Assembly (NCBI RefSeq): GCF_041956535.1 | Contig: NW_027192199.1 | Span: 434,001-498,000, forward strand | Origin: Calcarisporiella thermophila CBS 279.70 | Taxonomy: Eukaryota; Fungi; Calcarisporiellomycota | Direction: 5' to 3' | Length of the DNA stretch: 64,000 bases | Shown here: positions 1 to 19,871 of the stretch, piece after piece | Position numbering within the stretch: position 1 is the stretch's first letter | Layout of the letters: each line of letters opens with the position of its first letter | The notes under the pieces: model-generated | The model's database searches: none | Seen by the model: the letters and a program-made list of their open reading frames with translations, nothing else | Told to the model about the DNA's origin: nothing | Made by a program: the position numbers and the translations under genes

Positions 1-3139
<3,139 letters not shown>

Positions 3140-4092
3140 CCTTAAGAGAGTCGAATGGGGTAGAAATTGTCGGGGCACCAAGTCAAGAAAGAATACAGAA
3201 GAGAAAAAAAAAATTATATATATCTATGGTGTATTGCAAGTGAGGAATGCGCCCTGCTACTTTCTATTTGATCTAATTGAAATGAAAAAGAGCGTAAGCA
3301 TATACTAGGAAATGGGGTCTTTAATTCTTTTGCTAATGAAGGCAAACTCAGCATGGAGAAAGCCCTAAATATCCTAGGAAAAAAAATTCATAAACTATCC
3401 GATGAGTGGGATAATCAAAACGATAATTTCATACAAAGCATTCCGGGGAATTAATCTGGGGCGGGTTTAAGACAAATTTTGCTTGTAGACAAATATAAAT
3501 CTGTATTATACAGCCCCCTTATTTCAACAGCATTTACTGTGGTATCATAGTGGAGCCGATGGACAAAATAGCTCAAAAGATAAATAGTTGTATTTGTTTT
3601 TGGATATCTTAACCAGCGATTCGGCCACCGGGTCAGTTGGTGAGCCTCTGATACTTATCACGTTTCTGGAGATCACAAGGAAGAGCTTAATGCTGGGAGG
3701 GTGGCAGAGTGATGCAGTTTCATGGCACTGGATGTGACACAGGGGCTTTCATCTGATCAATCTGAAATCGCTCATCTGCCTTGAGTCATAGAGGTAGCAA
3801 TGCGTGTTTTTATCGTATCAACGCTATGCGTTCCTAGGGGTTTGATTAAAGATATTCCTCTCAAAGTTGAATTAATGCTCAGTTGCAAATAGGAAAATAG
3901 GGCACACTCCTTTCTTTTATATAGGAAACTTATTCTTCATTTAATAAGAAGCTATTTTAGCTTATTGAGAAAATCAAACCATATCGCGATATATGCAATT
4001 TGAATAGATTAACGCATTGAGTAAACGAATTTTGGAATGAGAATATAAGAGTGATCAGAAAGTGTACAATGTTAATAGGGACAGAAGAATTT

Positions 4093-4757
4093 TCACCACA
4101 TGCTTATCCCAGCTGCTATCAATATTAAAAGCATACACACACCCCAACCTGACTGTCTAGCGGAACTACTTTTGGATGCTGGTCGATCAGCTACAACAGC
4201 ACCAGGGCGAACCTTTACATTCGCAATAACGAGACGATAAGCCTCGGAATACAATTTTAACACTGCGAATTGCGAGAAATCCTGTCCTGGAAGAAGTGTG
4301 AACCGCACAGTTGCCTGATTGAATGAGCCAACTGGGACAGAGCATGCCTTGATCGCCAAAGCATTTGGATCGGTGGAATTGCTCCCATACCAATATGACT
4401 AACAAGAAGATAACATCAGTTCGGGCGTATTAATGTGCAAACAAGAAGAAATATGTGCATACATCAGGGGCTGCATAATAGTAGGTAAAATTGTGTGCGG
4501 TGAACTGGCACTGAAAAACACGGAGGAATTAGCTGCCATATTCAATGCTCCGTATCCAGCATTCTTACCATGTTGTCTACCGTTATAAGCCCGGAAACCT
4601 CGAGTTTAGCATTGTTTAGTTGGTCGATGGCCGGAACCAAATCACCGGCTTTGGCATCGTTTGGTGCCGGGACCGTGGCACATTGGCCCGGCTGCTGTTG
4701 TTGACCATATACAAGCTGGATGAAGACAAGTGAGTATAAGAAGAAAAAAGGTGTCAT
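4093..4757 (-). CDS. Small secreted/GPI-anchored protein with a DM13-like domain (3 exons)
   Basis: N-terminal signal peptide MTPFFFLYSLVFIQLVYG; spliced core SGLITVDN-CQFTAHNFTYYYAAPD-YWYGS...VRFTLLPGQDFSQFAVLKLYS; Ser-rich spacer and hydrophobic C-terminus. Confidence 0.6.
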
Positions 4758-5910
4758 TATTCTTAAGATCAAGAGTTGAGTAAAGCTATATTAGTTCTAG
4801 TAAAAAATTTTTTTCCACTTGTTGGTAATAAGAAAAAAACAGAAAAAATTAGCGCGAAAAGCAATTAAAATAAATAAGTAATTAAAAACTCGAATGAAGT
4901 TGAGAGGACAGTTATAGAATTTCTTTATTTGTAATTATTGCATTCCTTATTGGGTGAAGAAGAGCATGTATTGAAACGTGCTCATTATTTATAAATATGA
5001 TGGAAATGCATAGAAAAGCGGCGAAGAACCAGTCGCCCTCCATGTTGATCAGATCGTTATGTCTTAAGACTACAGTTGCTCCCCAATGTCACCTAAAGCC
5101 ATTAATCTGAAGCGCAGTAGGATATCAGTCAACTTAACAAAAACCGATACAAAGGATTTAGCGCAACTGTACACAAAGCTTAACTGGAAGCCGCTATGAT
5201 ATATTGCTCATTGTTGATTTATTAATTGAAAGCTAAAAACTGTGAAAGGTAATTAACATTGTCAGGTTATGCAGATCTGGTCTATGCTCTAAATATAATT
5301 GATTTCCTATGGATATCTGCTGCTCTCTTGAAGTTTGTGAGGATTACGTGGTTATAATATCTTTCTTTACGTCGCTGTTAGTTAGGAGAGTAAGTTCTCG
5401 CCTTCTACCGTTTTGCTCATCGTTGGGACATTGTAATAAGCAGTCTTGCTTAATACGTGGTAATAAAAAACTCGAAAGAAAATGCGTGATAATTTTATGT
5501 GCCGAGATCCACCTTTTGAAAGATGAGGGTAAATGTCCCTTGTTTTTGTAGGATTCTGGATGAAATAGACTGTGACTGTGAATCCATATGGATGTAAATG
5601 GAATCATTTATTTAATTGGAAATTGGTTCATCTAACTTTTCCCTGCCGAAGCTATATCTCAAATGGCACAATATCTAATAAGTAAATGTCATGAGAGACT
5701 ATATGCGATTGCTCCAATATTTATTGGAGATAGAGCAATCTAATATAAAGGACAAAACCTTTGAATTAATACTTCGTGTTATATATCAGGCCAAATTCTT
5801 ATATGGGCGGATGCTCAAAATTTCGGTTAAAGTAACAATTTTAATTGAAATGTAACATCAAAACCAAATACAATCGTCCGAAAAGTAAAAGTACGTTTAC
5901 AAAATTACGG

Positions 5911-8900
5911 TCATCGTCCCAAATTCGTCACACTCGTTCGGCATCTAAACAGGGTGAAAGGCGGCTCTCCTTTACCCTTTAATCCCGGCGTGGTCTGCTT
6001 CATCGGCCGACATGCGCATATGGAAATTCCCACTTCTTCTACTCGCACTGCCTCGATCCCACCCGTGAGAACGCATACGCGCGACATCCCAGCTTGGACA
6101 AGTTTCCCTGCAAACTCTGGCGCTCCAACTTTTTTCCCTAATACTACGTGGTATTTCCTTTGAAGTTTCTTGAGAAGCGGCGTGAGGGTAGTTAGGCTCT
6201 GAGAGGGGTTAAGGTTGTAGGAGTCGGGGAGGTGGCCACGGGCAAATCTAAAAGCGCAGGGATGATTTGTTACCTACTACCCAACTCTACGCTCATAATG
6301 AATAGAACTCTTACTCTTGTTCTCCGCGTATGTCTATGACAAGGGCATATTTCTGCAATTGCACGAAATCTTTCAGCGATATCCGTGGCGCTAACTCTGT
6401 CTTTTTCACCTCAAGTGGCAGGGGCGTGTCCCACCACCGCTGACTACCCCCATCCGGCACTACTTTCTCTTCGAGATTCACTTTCGAATTCTCGGTACTC
6501 AAGCTGTTGTCATCATGCACACGGTGCATTGCACTAGGAGGTGTGACCTTGCACATGGACAAGGCAGTTTGAATGCAGCGCTCGATATCCACCTCGGGAA
6601 ACGATTCAGAAAAAATCATGATGCACTCGTTGAATTCCGAGTGCAGAAGCACGTCGCGCATTTGCTGGAGAATAGAAATGCCTACAAAAAGTGGAAGAGA
6701 AGGAGGACCAACAAGGAGTTTGTCCCATAGTCGATAAATTTTATCGAGAGGAAACACATCTGCAAGCCATATTCCATGGATTATTATACTGTCACAACTC
6801 ATAATCACACTGGATTTATCAAAGAATACTCACGAGTGAAGAGAGTCAAAAACCACGGAATCGCATAGAGCTCCGGCAAGAATTGAATCCGAGTAAGGTG
6901 ACTTGATAGCTCTGGGTCGTGGAATGAAAGCAGATGACGGAAAACAGCAAGATACTCTTGGATAACAGGTGAATTGTCAACGAGGAAGAAGTTATGTAAG
7001 AAGCGAGGAATAAAGAGTTGCAAGCACGCGAAAGCAAGTGGCTCATCATTGAAATTAAGAGTTAGGAAAGGCGCGCAGAGCGAATCAAGCCCTTGCCAAT
7101 AAACAAAGCGATTATTCGCCTGGACCCAGCATTTCAATAAGCGACGAAGTTTTTCGTGACCAACCGGAGAGCACAATAGCTCGTTATATTGGTGGCACCG
7201 AGGAACATCTAATTTCCAAAACCAAAAATAAAATTATTATCGCCGCGATATGTATCGAGAATCACGAGTAAGGCAACATACCAACTTCAATTTGTCGATC
7301 GTTTGGGGTCTCAGATTCTTTATCGATAGCCGCATAGGCTGCCTCCACATCTCCCATAACTCCAAGAATGGCGGCCCATATCTTACCTCGCAACAGTGGC
7401 GGAATGTCTGCTTTAGCATGATGTATGATTTCAGAACGCGAAGCAGGATATTGGCGTAGTAGCTCCGAGAATATTGAAATACGATGGTATTGATAAGCAA
7501 CATCTTTTTCTTTCATCAGTAGCGGCAAGCGGATAGTTCCGTTGGGGGTTGTAGGTGTCGAATTAACCACTGGTGCTCTCGAATCAAAAATAAAGGGATC
7601 GTCGTTTAATGGTGGTGAAGGAAGCGCATCTCGTGAGGCTTCCACCAAGAAATTCATATCATCCGAATCAACCACCAGAAAATAGTCCATATCCCAATAG
7701 AGCCTTTCAACATTGCTATCGCTTGTTTGGGAAATTCGTTGGTAAAGCTCATTCATTGAGAGTATAGCAATTTTGGTGGTGTAGAGGCTTATTGCTCGGC
7801 TAAATACCTCCTCCTTTGGTAGATCAGAGTCCGATGCATGCGATGAACGGGGTATCCGTTGAATGGCTGGCGTACTTAATAGCATACCATGCTTCGTGAG
7901 ATCCAGCTTAACATCCCCTCCTGCCAACTTCCATAAATGATAGAGTTGGGAAAGAGGAAGCCCTTGGAATGGATCTTTTATTAGCTCGTTGATATCTCTT
8001 TCTAAATCCTCATCCTCGCTGATATCTATTGAAGAGGAGACTAAATATGGACGCAGGTGCCAGCACGAGGTATTGGGTTCGAGTTTAAATAGGAAGGGGT
8101 GGGTGAGAAGTTCTTTGGCCGTTGGGCGCTTATTATCGTCAAGCTGCAAGCAAGTGATTAAGAAATCATGGAAATGGTCGTATGCACCTTCAGGGGGCAG
8201 TTCTGATTTCAAAAAGGCTAAGCACTGTTCATTGATGGACGTATGGTTCTCTACAACGTCATCCCAACTGGGAGCATTTGCCAATTTAGGTCCCGGCTGA
8301 GAAAGTTTGAAGAGGGTTTCAATAATATCCTCAAGCTTCTCTGATTCCCAAAAAGATGTTCCAAGAAACAGCTCAATTAGAATAACACCAAGTGACCAGA
8401 TATCAACCTATATTTGATTGAGAAATAAAATTAAGTGAACCAATCGTGGTAAAACTATACATCCAGGAGCAGTTACCCTTTCACTTGTTGGATACATATC
8501 AGCGTAGAAGACCGCCTCTGGAGAAAGATATCGTGGATTCCTATGGAATAAATATAGATTCAATTGGAGACTATTAGCTATATGAGAATAGCTAAACTCA
8601 TCGAAATATACTTGCCCAATGGGAAATTCGACATACCGCCCCCCATTTGTCATATAATACAATCCGTGTCCAGTTAATTTAATTTCATTCTATTATAAGA
8701 GTATAAATCCTATCCTTGTTTCTTTGGTGTATAAACTGATATACCTCTGTTATCAAAATGGTGGAAGGCGAGAGATTGTGATGTACAATGCCATGAGTAT
8801 GAAGATAACATAATGCATCTAATATTGAGGCAATCCATGCGCGCAGCGTCTCTATGTCTAGGCTGTAAAAGATATATCAGACATCAACTATTTAGCTTTA

Positions 8901-9378
8901 TGGCAGAAAATAAAAATATACCATTTTGTGGGCATTGTTATTCCTTTTTCATTACTTTGGTATAGATTCTCTAAGCTGTTTGGGTAATGTTCAGCAACTA
9001 CGAAAAGCAGTTCTAGGGAGATAGAGAAGGGGTGAGGGTGGGTTGAGAGCTACTCCTATTTTTTTATCCTACCGTGTTTCCCCTTCAATATATCTAAATA
9101 TTCACATAAATTGCGATGGTTTAAAGACTATACCATAGGTTCAATATTAGATATATCATAAGTGAGTTCGTGTATTACGTGATTAACTCGCAAAAAGGTA
9201 TAAATACTTTTAGGAGCTGGAATCTGCCAAGTATTTCTGATCGGGTGCTGAATTGAACTGAGCCAGTCGCAACATCATCGTCTGTAGATCCGGATGAAGG
9301 CACAAAATAAGATACACCCAGCTGAGGAACAGGCCCTCTGCGCGGCTGGAGTTCCTTTGCTCTACCAAACAATGCCAT
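5911..9378 (-). CDS. TBCK: TBC-domain-containing protein kinase-like protein (pseudokinase + Rab-GAP TBC + rhodanese)
   Basis: Kinase-like [10 protein letters not shown] / [12 protein letters not shown] / YLSPE; [14 protein letters not shown] and [12 protein letters not shown]; C-terminal rhodanese [18 protein letters not shown]; stop at 5911-5913. Confidence 0.93.
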
Positions 9379-9702
9379 GTTGTACGTGTGGGAATTGGAG
9401 GACAGGAAAATGCACGAACTTTAGAGAAGAGGATTGTGACTGCGTTATTATCACTTTGAGTTACACTAGAACCGGTGGCTTAGCAACCTATCATTTGCAA
9501 TTTGAATGTTCGAATCGAGGCACGGTCAGGCTAATTCGTCCTGAAAATTTTTTTTTCATTTTGATACTCGCCAACGGCCTTACTTTGGTTATTATCTCTT
9601 GTCACACTCCTTTCATCTTGCATATTAGGGAGCTATTGTTCTTTCCTCTTATTTTTTTTAGTCCTTAGCTCCTCTTTTAGAAAATTCAGGTCAATTTATA
9701 AG

Positions 9703-11884
9703 ATGTTAAGCAAGACGTGGTTAACATGGGTCCTCTTGTCTTTCATCTTATTTTCGAAGCCAATCTTGTGTAATGATGGTCTGGATGCTATAGTGAGTAG
9801 TGTTCGTAAACTTAGTTGAGTTAAATAGAGAGAAACCAACCAAATACACCTTTCTTTATTCATCTACCTCTAGTCTTCAGACAGTGAACGATGGACAATA
9901 CATGATGCTATTGAGCGCGCTCGGGCTGAAAACCCACTGGATTTATCTAAGAGGGAAGGCAATTTACCAATTGCAGATGAGCCCCCAAGCCACAGTGGTA
10001 TTGGGCAGGTCAAAGATAGCACGGCCATAGAATCAAGAGAAAAACCACATGGTCATCGCCATTCGAATGATAATCTTGCTGCCGATTTTATGTTGGATTT
10101 GCTTGAAGAGGTGCGCCAGAATGCTGACAATCTTGAGAGTGGACTACGTAAAAGCATGTTACCCGACGAAGACAATAGACATAGAATTGCAGTATTAGAA
10201 ACAGTTGTAAAGGTTATCGAGGGCGTTGAAGAGGAAGGTGGAGAAGTTGACCCGGGAAAGAAAAAAATGATATTTATGATTGATCAGGAGAATAACCAGT
10301 ATGTCTTAACTCGGCCCTTTGACACTACTGTAATCTACGAAGGTATACGCTATTCGAATGTGTAATTTCCAAATATATGCTTATCTTTAATTTATTATAG
10401 ATGATTGGTTTTTGTATGATATCGTGTTCATTTTTGTTGTATCATTTATATTCGGGTGGATCTTTTCGATGCTTGGCCTACCTGGTATAGAAAATTATAG
10501 GCATTCACACAAGGATATAGACTAATATGATTGCTTAAAATTTTAGCATTCTTTGGTTACATTATCACCGGATGTGTGCTTGGCCCTGCTGGATTCAATA
10601 TTATTAAAGTAAGCGCATTCTTTTGTTTACTCTTTGTTATGATGTCTAACTATTTCATAACAGGAATTAATCCAAACTGAAACCCTTGGTCAACTTGGTG
10701 TTATATTTATTTTGTTCGTGCTTGGCCTTGAATTCTCTATTGAGAAGATCCGTTCAATGTGGCGGATCGCCTTTGGAGGCGCACTCCTTATCCTCTGTCT
10801 TAGCGTCGCATGTTTCTTAACTGGAGGTATCCTCCTCAATTCTTCGCTCACTGAAGCAGTGTTTGTTGGAGCTTGCATATCACTCTCAAGTACTGCAGTG
10901 GTGGTCAAGTGTTTCCGCTCCGATGATATGGAACCATTATACGGGCTGCTCGTAATGCAAGACGTGCTTCTTGGAGTGATGCTGGCTGTTATGCCCGCAC
11001 TAACTAAAAGCGGGATTGAAATATTTCTTGCCATTGCGAAGATGGGCTTATCGTTTGCTGCATTTGGAGGCATCAGCTACTTATTACATCGACTCTTCCT
11101 GGCTGCGCGACTCTCAACCCGTTTCCATTCCCATCAACGTCATTCGTCTCAAGGAAATAACAAAGAACTTGTTCTCCTTGGTGCAGTGGCACTTTGTCTT
11201 GTAATGCTTATATTTTCCAAGTTGCTCGGATTGGGAATGGAGCTAGGTTGTTTTATGGCAGGAGTTATACTACGCGCCTGTAAAACCCATCTCGACTCTG
11301 CTATGGCGGCAATAGAGCCCGTACGCGATATCTTCTCCTGCATTTTTTTCGTCTCTATTGGGTTGCATGTATATCCATCATTCCTGCTACATGAGGGTCT
11401 TCTATTATTAACCCTGGCTGCCGCAGCTATTGGATTTAAATATGTGATTATTTTCTCGGTACTTGCGCTCTTCCGATTCGATCTTCGTCAGTCGTCCTCA
11501 ATGGCCATCAGCCTTGCCCAAATAAGCGAGTTTAGCTTTGTGCTCGCATCACGAGCCAAGCAACTTGGTATAATCACTCGTGAAGTGTACTATTTGTTGA
11601 TTGCGGTGACAGCATTATCGTTAGTTGGTACCCCTCTAGTATGGAATATTGTCAACAAGCCTGAGCCAAAGATCACTTCACCAGAGCTTCCTCCGCCTGT
11701 TAATAATGGGAACGCTCCCAAGAAAGAGCCTGTCATGAGCCGTGCGTCAGTCTCGTCAGTGACCAGCAGAAAGTCGATGGGCGAGGATCGATTTCCGTAT
11801 TTGCTTGCTCAAAATCGCCGTAGTGTAAGCATCCATGCCAATCTGAATTCACTAGGGATCACGGAGAGCGAGAAGAGTGTTTAG
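9703..11884 (+). CDS. CPA2 K+/H+ antiporter, TMCO3/KEA-like
   Basis: Signal peptide; RIAVLETVVKV and IDQENNQYVLTRP N-domain; multi-TM with LSSTAVVVK, LVMQD, LAQISEFSFVL. Confidence 0.88.
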
Positions 11885-12242
11885 ATTTATATATAAACTT
11901 ATCCGCATACCAATGAAGCCTGGTCTTCTGATATTTTTTCTATTCACACTGATTCAATGCTAATCAAAAACCCTTCTATTTATCTATTTTATGTCTTTGA
12001 CATTTATTCAACTAGAGATTATTATCAATATATGTATATAGCTTATCTGCTTATTATTTCTTTTGCTTTTTCTTACTCCCTTTTTCCACATAGATGATCA
12101 CCTCCCAATATAAACACATTTTATTATGTTAAAGTTTATTGCTTAAAAAAGGCCCATATCAGTGGACAGAAAGAAGGAGCATGCTTTAAAAAAAAACATC
12201 TAACAATGCTAAAAATATTCTCCTATTTGCACGTCTTTGATT

Positions 12243-14794
<2,552 letters not shown>

Positions 14795-14964
14795 AGTTTT
14801 CCGTGGAACTATTGATTAAGATTCCCAAAGAGTAAAAACGACCTCTGCAGATTTGTGTACGGAGTTAGTTGTTAGGTTAGGTTATTATAAGTTTCGCTAG
14901 GTAAAATTATATTGACTATTTTTGCAACCTTCAAAACTGCTTCGATCTCATTATATTTGCAAAA

Positions 14965-17033
14965 ATGCCGGACGAAAAAGACACTAATTCAGGTGCTTCT
15001 ATAATTATAAAGAGACCTAAGGTTAATCTTGCACCCGATGTCGACATTCAAGTAAGTAATAGAATTTTCATATTTATTTCCTCAGTGTTAATTAGAGTAA
15101 TCTCAGGATCAACCGAGCTTTCAAAGTAATCAACCGATAAAAGAGATCGCATATAATGCTCCTTATGAACATCTCTATCAGAATCCAGAGCTTCACACTA
15201 TAAAAAAAAATGTTTTAACAGGCATGCTTTTCTACTACTCTACTTATTGTTCTTTTTATTCTCTAACCAATACGTTTATTCTCTGATTTGCAGGGCACGT
15301 AGAAGAGCAAGCTTTTTCTGAGATGGAATTTAAAATACAACAGCGCAATTTCGTAACTCTTGGTTATGCGCGTGATCCTTCGATTATATCTCAAAACTAT
15401 GATGGCACATTGGGAGCTGGGATAAATGGAACAGGACACGTTGGTGATATAAACCAAGGTGTACGACATGGATGGGCATCATACTACAATTCTTTACCCA
15501 AGGAGCTCCGGAAGAATCAAAATATGAAACGGAAATCGAAAGGTGACTCTTCGGTTCTGGAGGGTGAGAATGCCTATCAAGGCCCATGGGCGGGCTATGA
15601 AGGGGAAACCGTGGCAGAAGCTGAGCCAACAGAGGTTCGTAAACTCTTCTATAAATATATTCAAATACATTCAAATATGTTATTAAATGAATCTAATCAT
15701 CTCGCAATTATACAGGAGGAATTGGCTGCTCAAGCGGAAGCAGAAGCAGAAGCAGAAACCACAGTAGATGAGGGCAAAAAGAGCAAAGAAATGGATATTG
15801 GCGGAGGCGAGAGATCCATTTTCCATGGCAAAGAGATGTATGATTACCAAGGACGGACATATATGCATGTGCCCCAGGATGTGGACGTCAATTTACTGGG
15901 AGAACCTGGCGAACAAGAATGCTTCCTGCCCAAAAAACATATCCATACATGGTACATTGAATATTTTTCTCGTCTTTACTTTATTGATCTTGCTTATCGT
16001 TTAAATATCATAATGCAGGACCGGCCATACCAAAGCTGTATCTGCCATTCGGTTCTTTCCTGAATCTGCTCATTTATTGCTCTCGTGTAGCATGGATACA
16101 AAAGTCAAGCTTTGGGATGTGTATCACGAACGCCGCTGCCTACGAACTTTCCTTGGCCACAGTAAGGCAGTGCGGGATATCACATTTACTAATGACGGAC
16201 GCAAGTTCTTGAGCGCCAGCTATGACCGATATATCAAACTATGGGATACAGAGACAGGTACTGATAGTTCACTGAATTTAACATTTAATTTACGTGTTAA
16301 CACTTGTTGCATTATTTCCTTTATAGGGCAGTGCATTCGCTCCTTCACAACTCGCAAGATCCCTTATTGCGTTAAATTTAATCCAGATGAAGATAAGCAG
16401 AATATTTTCCTCGCGGGTATGTCGGACAAAAAAATCGTTCAATTCGATGTCAATACGGGTGAAATTACACAAGAATACGATCAGCACTTGGGAGCAGTAA
16501 ATACGATCACTTTCGTCGACGATAATCGCCGATTTGTTACCACCTCAGACGACAAGACATTGCGCGCGTGGGAATTCGATATCCCAGTAGTGATCAAATA
16601 TATTGCCGAGCCGGACATGCACAGCATGCCGAGTGTGTCTTTGCACCCCAATAGTAAGATTTCTCAGATATTCTTTCCTTTGAATACGATGATTGACCTT
16701 TTATTTTTAGAAAAATGGCTAGCCTGCCAGTCCCTCGATAACCAAATTCTTATCTATGGTGCTAAGGACCGATTCCGTATGCACCGAAAGAAACGATTCA
16801 CTGGACATTTGGTGGCTGGCTACGCATGCCAAGTGAACTTCTCTCCTGATGGGCGCTTCCTCATGTCTGGAGACTCTTCTGGACAATTATGGTTCTGGGA
16901 CTGGAAGAGTTGTCGCGTATTGAAGAAGATGAAGTGTCACAACCAAGTCCTCATAGGCTGCGAGTGGCACCCTCATGAGACTTCGAAGGTTGCAACCTGT
17001 AGTTGGGATGGAACAATCAAATACTGGGATTAG
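14965..17033 (+). CDS. PRP17: Pre-mRNA processing factor 17 (CDC40), WD40 protein
   Basis: [23 protein letters not shown] repeats, [16 protein letters not shown]-terminus [15 protein letters not shown]. Confidence 0.95.
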
Positions 17034-17274
17034 AATTCACAAAAACATAAAATTTCTCTTAGCGATTCATTTGCTTTTGATTTTAGTCTTTTTTTTTATC
17101 TCCTGTATTAAAGTTAATATGGATTCTTGGATTTCAATATTGAGCGCCTCGCTGGCAATCATATCAAATTGAAATTCCTCTCAAAATAATGAATCTAAGC
17201 CACGCTGTAAACTTTTTATTACAAAGGTTGGAGCCTCGCGAGATATAAAACCATTGTTATTTAAAGTATATACG

Positions 17275-18854
17275 ATGACACCGAGGGATCTGACGATACA
17301 AATCGAGAGCCTTATTGTGAAGCTTAAACGACGGTATGTGTTCGGATTAGTTTTTAATCTAGGTCGCGATTTTTACCATTGTCTGACCCATTATCACAGT
17401 CAAATCGTAGGCTCTTTCAATGTGGCGATTGAAACGGCCATGTTAATGCGGAAAGTGGTATCCCAATCGCGATGGAATCGTGTCAACCAAATTATTGCAA
17501 TAGTCAAGGATGTAGGAATTCGACTTATGGAGGCACAACCTCGAGGTATTTTCAGTGCCCCAATCACTGTTAGCATTTTAAACCTCTAATACGAGATCAA
17601 TAATATTCTCGGTTAATCTTAGAGCTGGCAGTTGGGAATATTGTGCGCCGAGTCCTTCATTTGATTCGTGAAGAAACTCACACTATTTTAGAAGATGAGA
17701 CACCCGCCTCTCCTGCAACTGCCGTACCTGCTTCCTCCGCTCCTCTCCGCACTCTCACAACATCGTCCTCGATGCTTAACCTCCTTGAGGCTGGTGACCA
17801 GGAAGAGGAGGATTTTAATCCAAATACTTATAATTTGAAGCCAATGATCATTCAGGCGATACAAGAAATGATCGATGAACTGGAAACCGTATATTCCAAT
17901 ATCGCAAAAGAGGCAATGGACCATATTCATTCGAAGTAATTACGCTGACTTGAGATCTAAGTGTTTCCACGAGACAATTAATAATGATCATTTTATAGTG
18001 AAGTCATCATGACGTTGAGTATGTCGCGCACAGTACGCGAATTCCTGCTCTTTGCCGCCAAGAAACGCAAGTTTTCCGTCATAGTTGCGGAGACATGTCC
18101 CTCGTAAGTTGGTTCTCCTCAATCATTATTATACAAACCAAATATCCAACTATTGATAAAAATTCTCCAGATATCTTGGCCACGAACTCGCGCGTACACT
18201 AGCTAAAGCCGGTATCCAAACAACTATTATTCCTGACTCGGCCATCTTTGCTTTCATGGCCCGTGTAAATAAAGTCATTCTAGGGACACACGCCGGTACT
18301 TCACATACTCTATGCTTATATTTAACACCATGATGCTTACTGCCTCTCAACTTTTCCGATTAGTGCTTGCCAACGGGGGGCTAATTGCCGTCAGTGGAAG
18401 TCAAATGCTTGCGGCGGCGGCTAAGCACCACTCGACACCTGTTGTAGTTGTGACCGGATTATACAAACTCTCACCGCTCTATCCATACAACGTCGATTCG
18501 TTCAATCTCTGCGTTGCACCGGATCGAGTCTTGAGTTTTACTGAGGGTATGTAATGAACTCTTTGTACGCTCGAAATATGCATCAGTCCGTAAATACATG
18601 TGTATGTTTGTAGAAAAAATCATGGAGAAAGTGGACGCACTTAACCCCTACTATGACTATGTCCCTCCTGAACATGTCGATCTGTTTGTAACAAACATGG
18701 GTGGTCATCCGCCAAGCTATTTATATAGGTAAGCATATATCACTTTGCTATCTTATTGAAGTATATTGAATATTTTCTTACAATTTTTTTTTTGTTATAC
18801 AGGCTATTGAGAGAACAATACGATGTGTTGGATACAGATCTTTCACGGGACTGA
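17275..18854 (+). CDS. GCD7: Translation initiation factor eIF2B beta subunit
   Basis: [79 protein letters not shown]. Confidence 0.93.
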
Positions 18855-19181
18855 AGAAAAATTATGGCATTTTTTATCGAAAATTTTTCTTATTGTTAAG
18901 ACACTAGAGTCCAAGTTATTCTGCTTAAAAATTATATGATTTAACTATACAAACGAAGTAACAAAAAAGAACACATTATCTCTCTCGCAAGTATACTTTT
19001 CAAGAAGGCATTGATACGAATTTTAACATAAGCAAAAGGGATAAAAATCTGAATGTAATTTCTAAAATTAAACATCGTTATCAAATTCGGGTGGCAAACT
19101 TAGTCACAATATAAGAATGTGGCTTGGTCAATAAACAAAGAAATAAACAGTTGCCGAGAGAAAGAGATTTACTACAAAATA

Positions 19182-19605
19182 ATGTTTGGTGTTATTCGAG
19201 GAATCTATCGTGGTGCATCACGAGAGCCACTCACCTCCAAAAGGGGGCACAATTTCTACAAAGGTAACCTTCCGATATTCCGATGTTCCATGACCTCATT
19301 TCCTCAATAGGGAGATTCCAATATAATGAACTAATATCATTCAATTCGATATGCAGGCAAAGGAACGGGTGCAATGGGATGGCATACACGGCGAGGTGGA
19401 TATCGTATTGATTGGAGTAAGGTGCGAAATTTTGTAGTGCCTGATATGACAAACTGCAAGGTAACTAGCCTCGCCCGGATCCATCTGAGTCAGTATTGGA
19501 TTGATGATTTTTGTCTTATAGCTTGCCCCATACGTCTCCCGCGAAACTCAAAAGCTCAAGCACACAATATCCCCACAAGATTTCCTGAATAAGCCGTCAG
19601 CATAA
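19182..19605 (+). CDS. Mitochondrial ribosomal protein mL41 (MRPL27 family)
   Basis: PLTSKRGHNFYKG.GTGAMGWHTRRGGYRIDWSKVRNFVVPD...LAPYVS; 3 exons. Confidence 0.9.
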
Positions 19606-19871
19606 ACTTCTCCTTTTGTGTAATAAATAGTCTTCATTATTTCTAATGCCATCAGCATTTAGCCCTAAAAATTAAACATATTGAAGAGTTCATCAAAAAA
19701 AAAAAGATTTAAGGTACCATCGCTCTATACAAAAATAAAAACAGTGACAATGAAAAAGAAAAAAATCGACAGGAAAATAGGAGGAATTAGGTATAAATAG
19801 CCTGAGTTGATAAAATAGAATAAAAAAACATGTTTCGCAGTGAGAATATAAAAAAATAATAGTTGATATCT

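Noticed and set aside
5708-5739. Small inverted repeat (CTCCAATA/TATTGGAG within ATTGCTC/GAGCAAT)
   Set aside because: Short, AT-rich, no second copy seen and no TSD; compatible with chance
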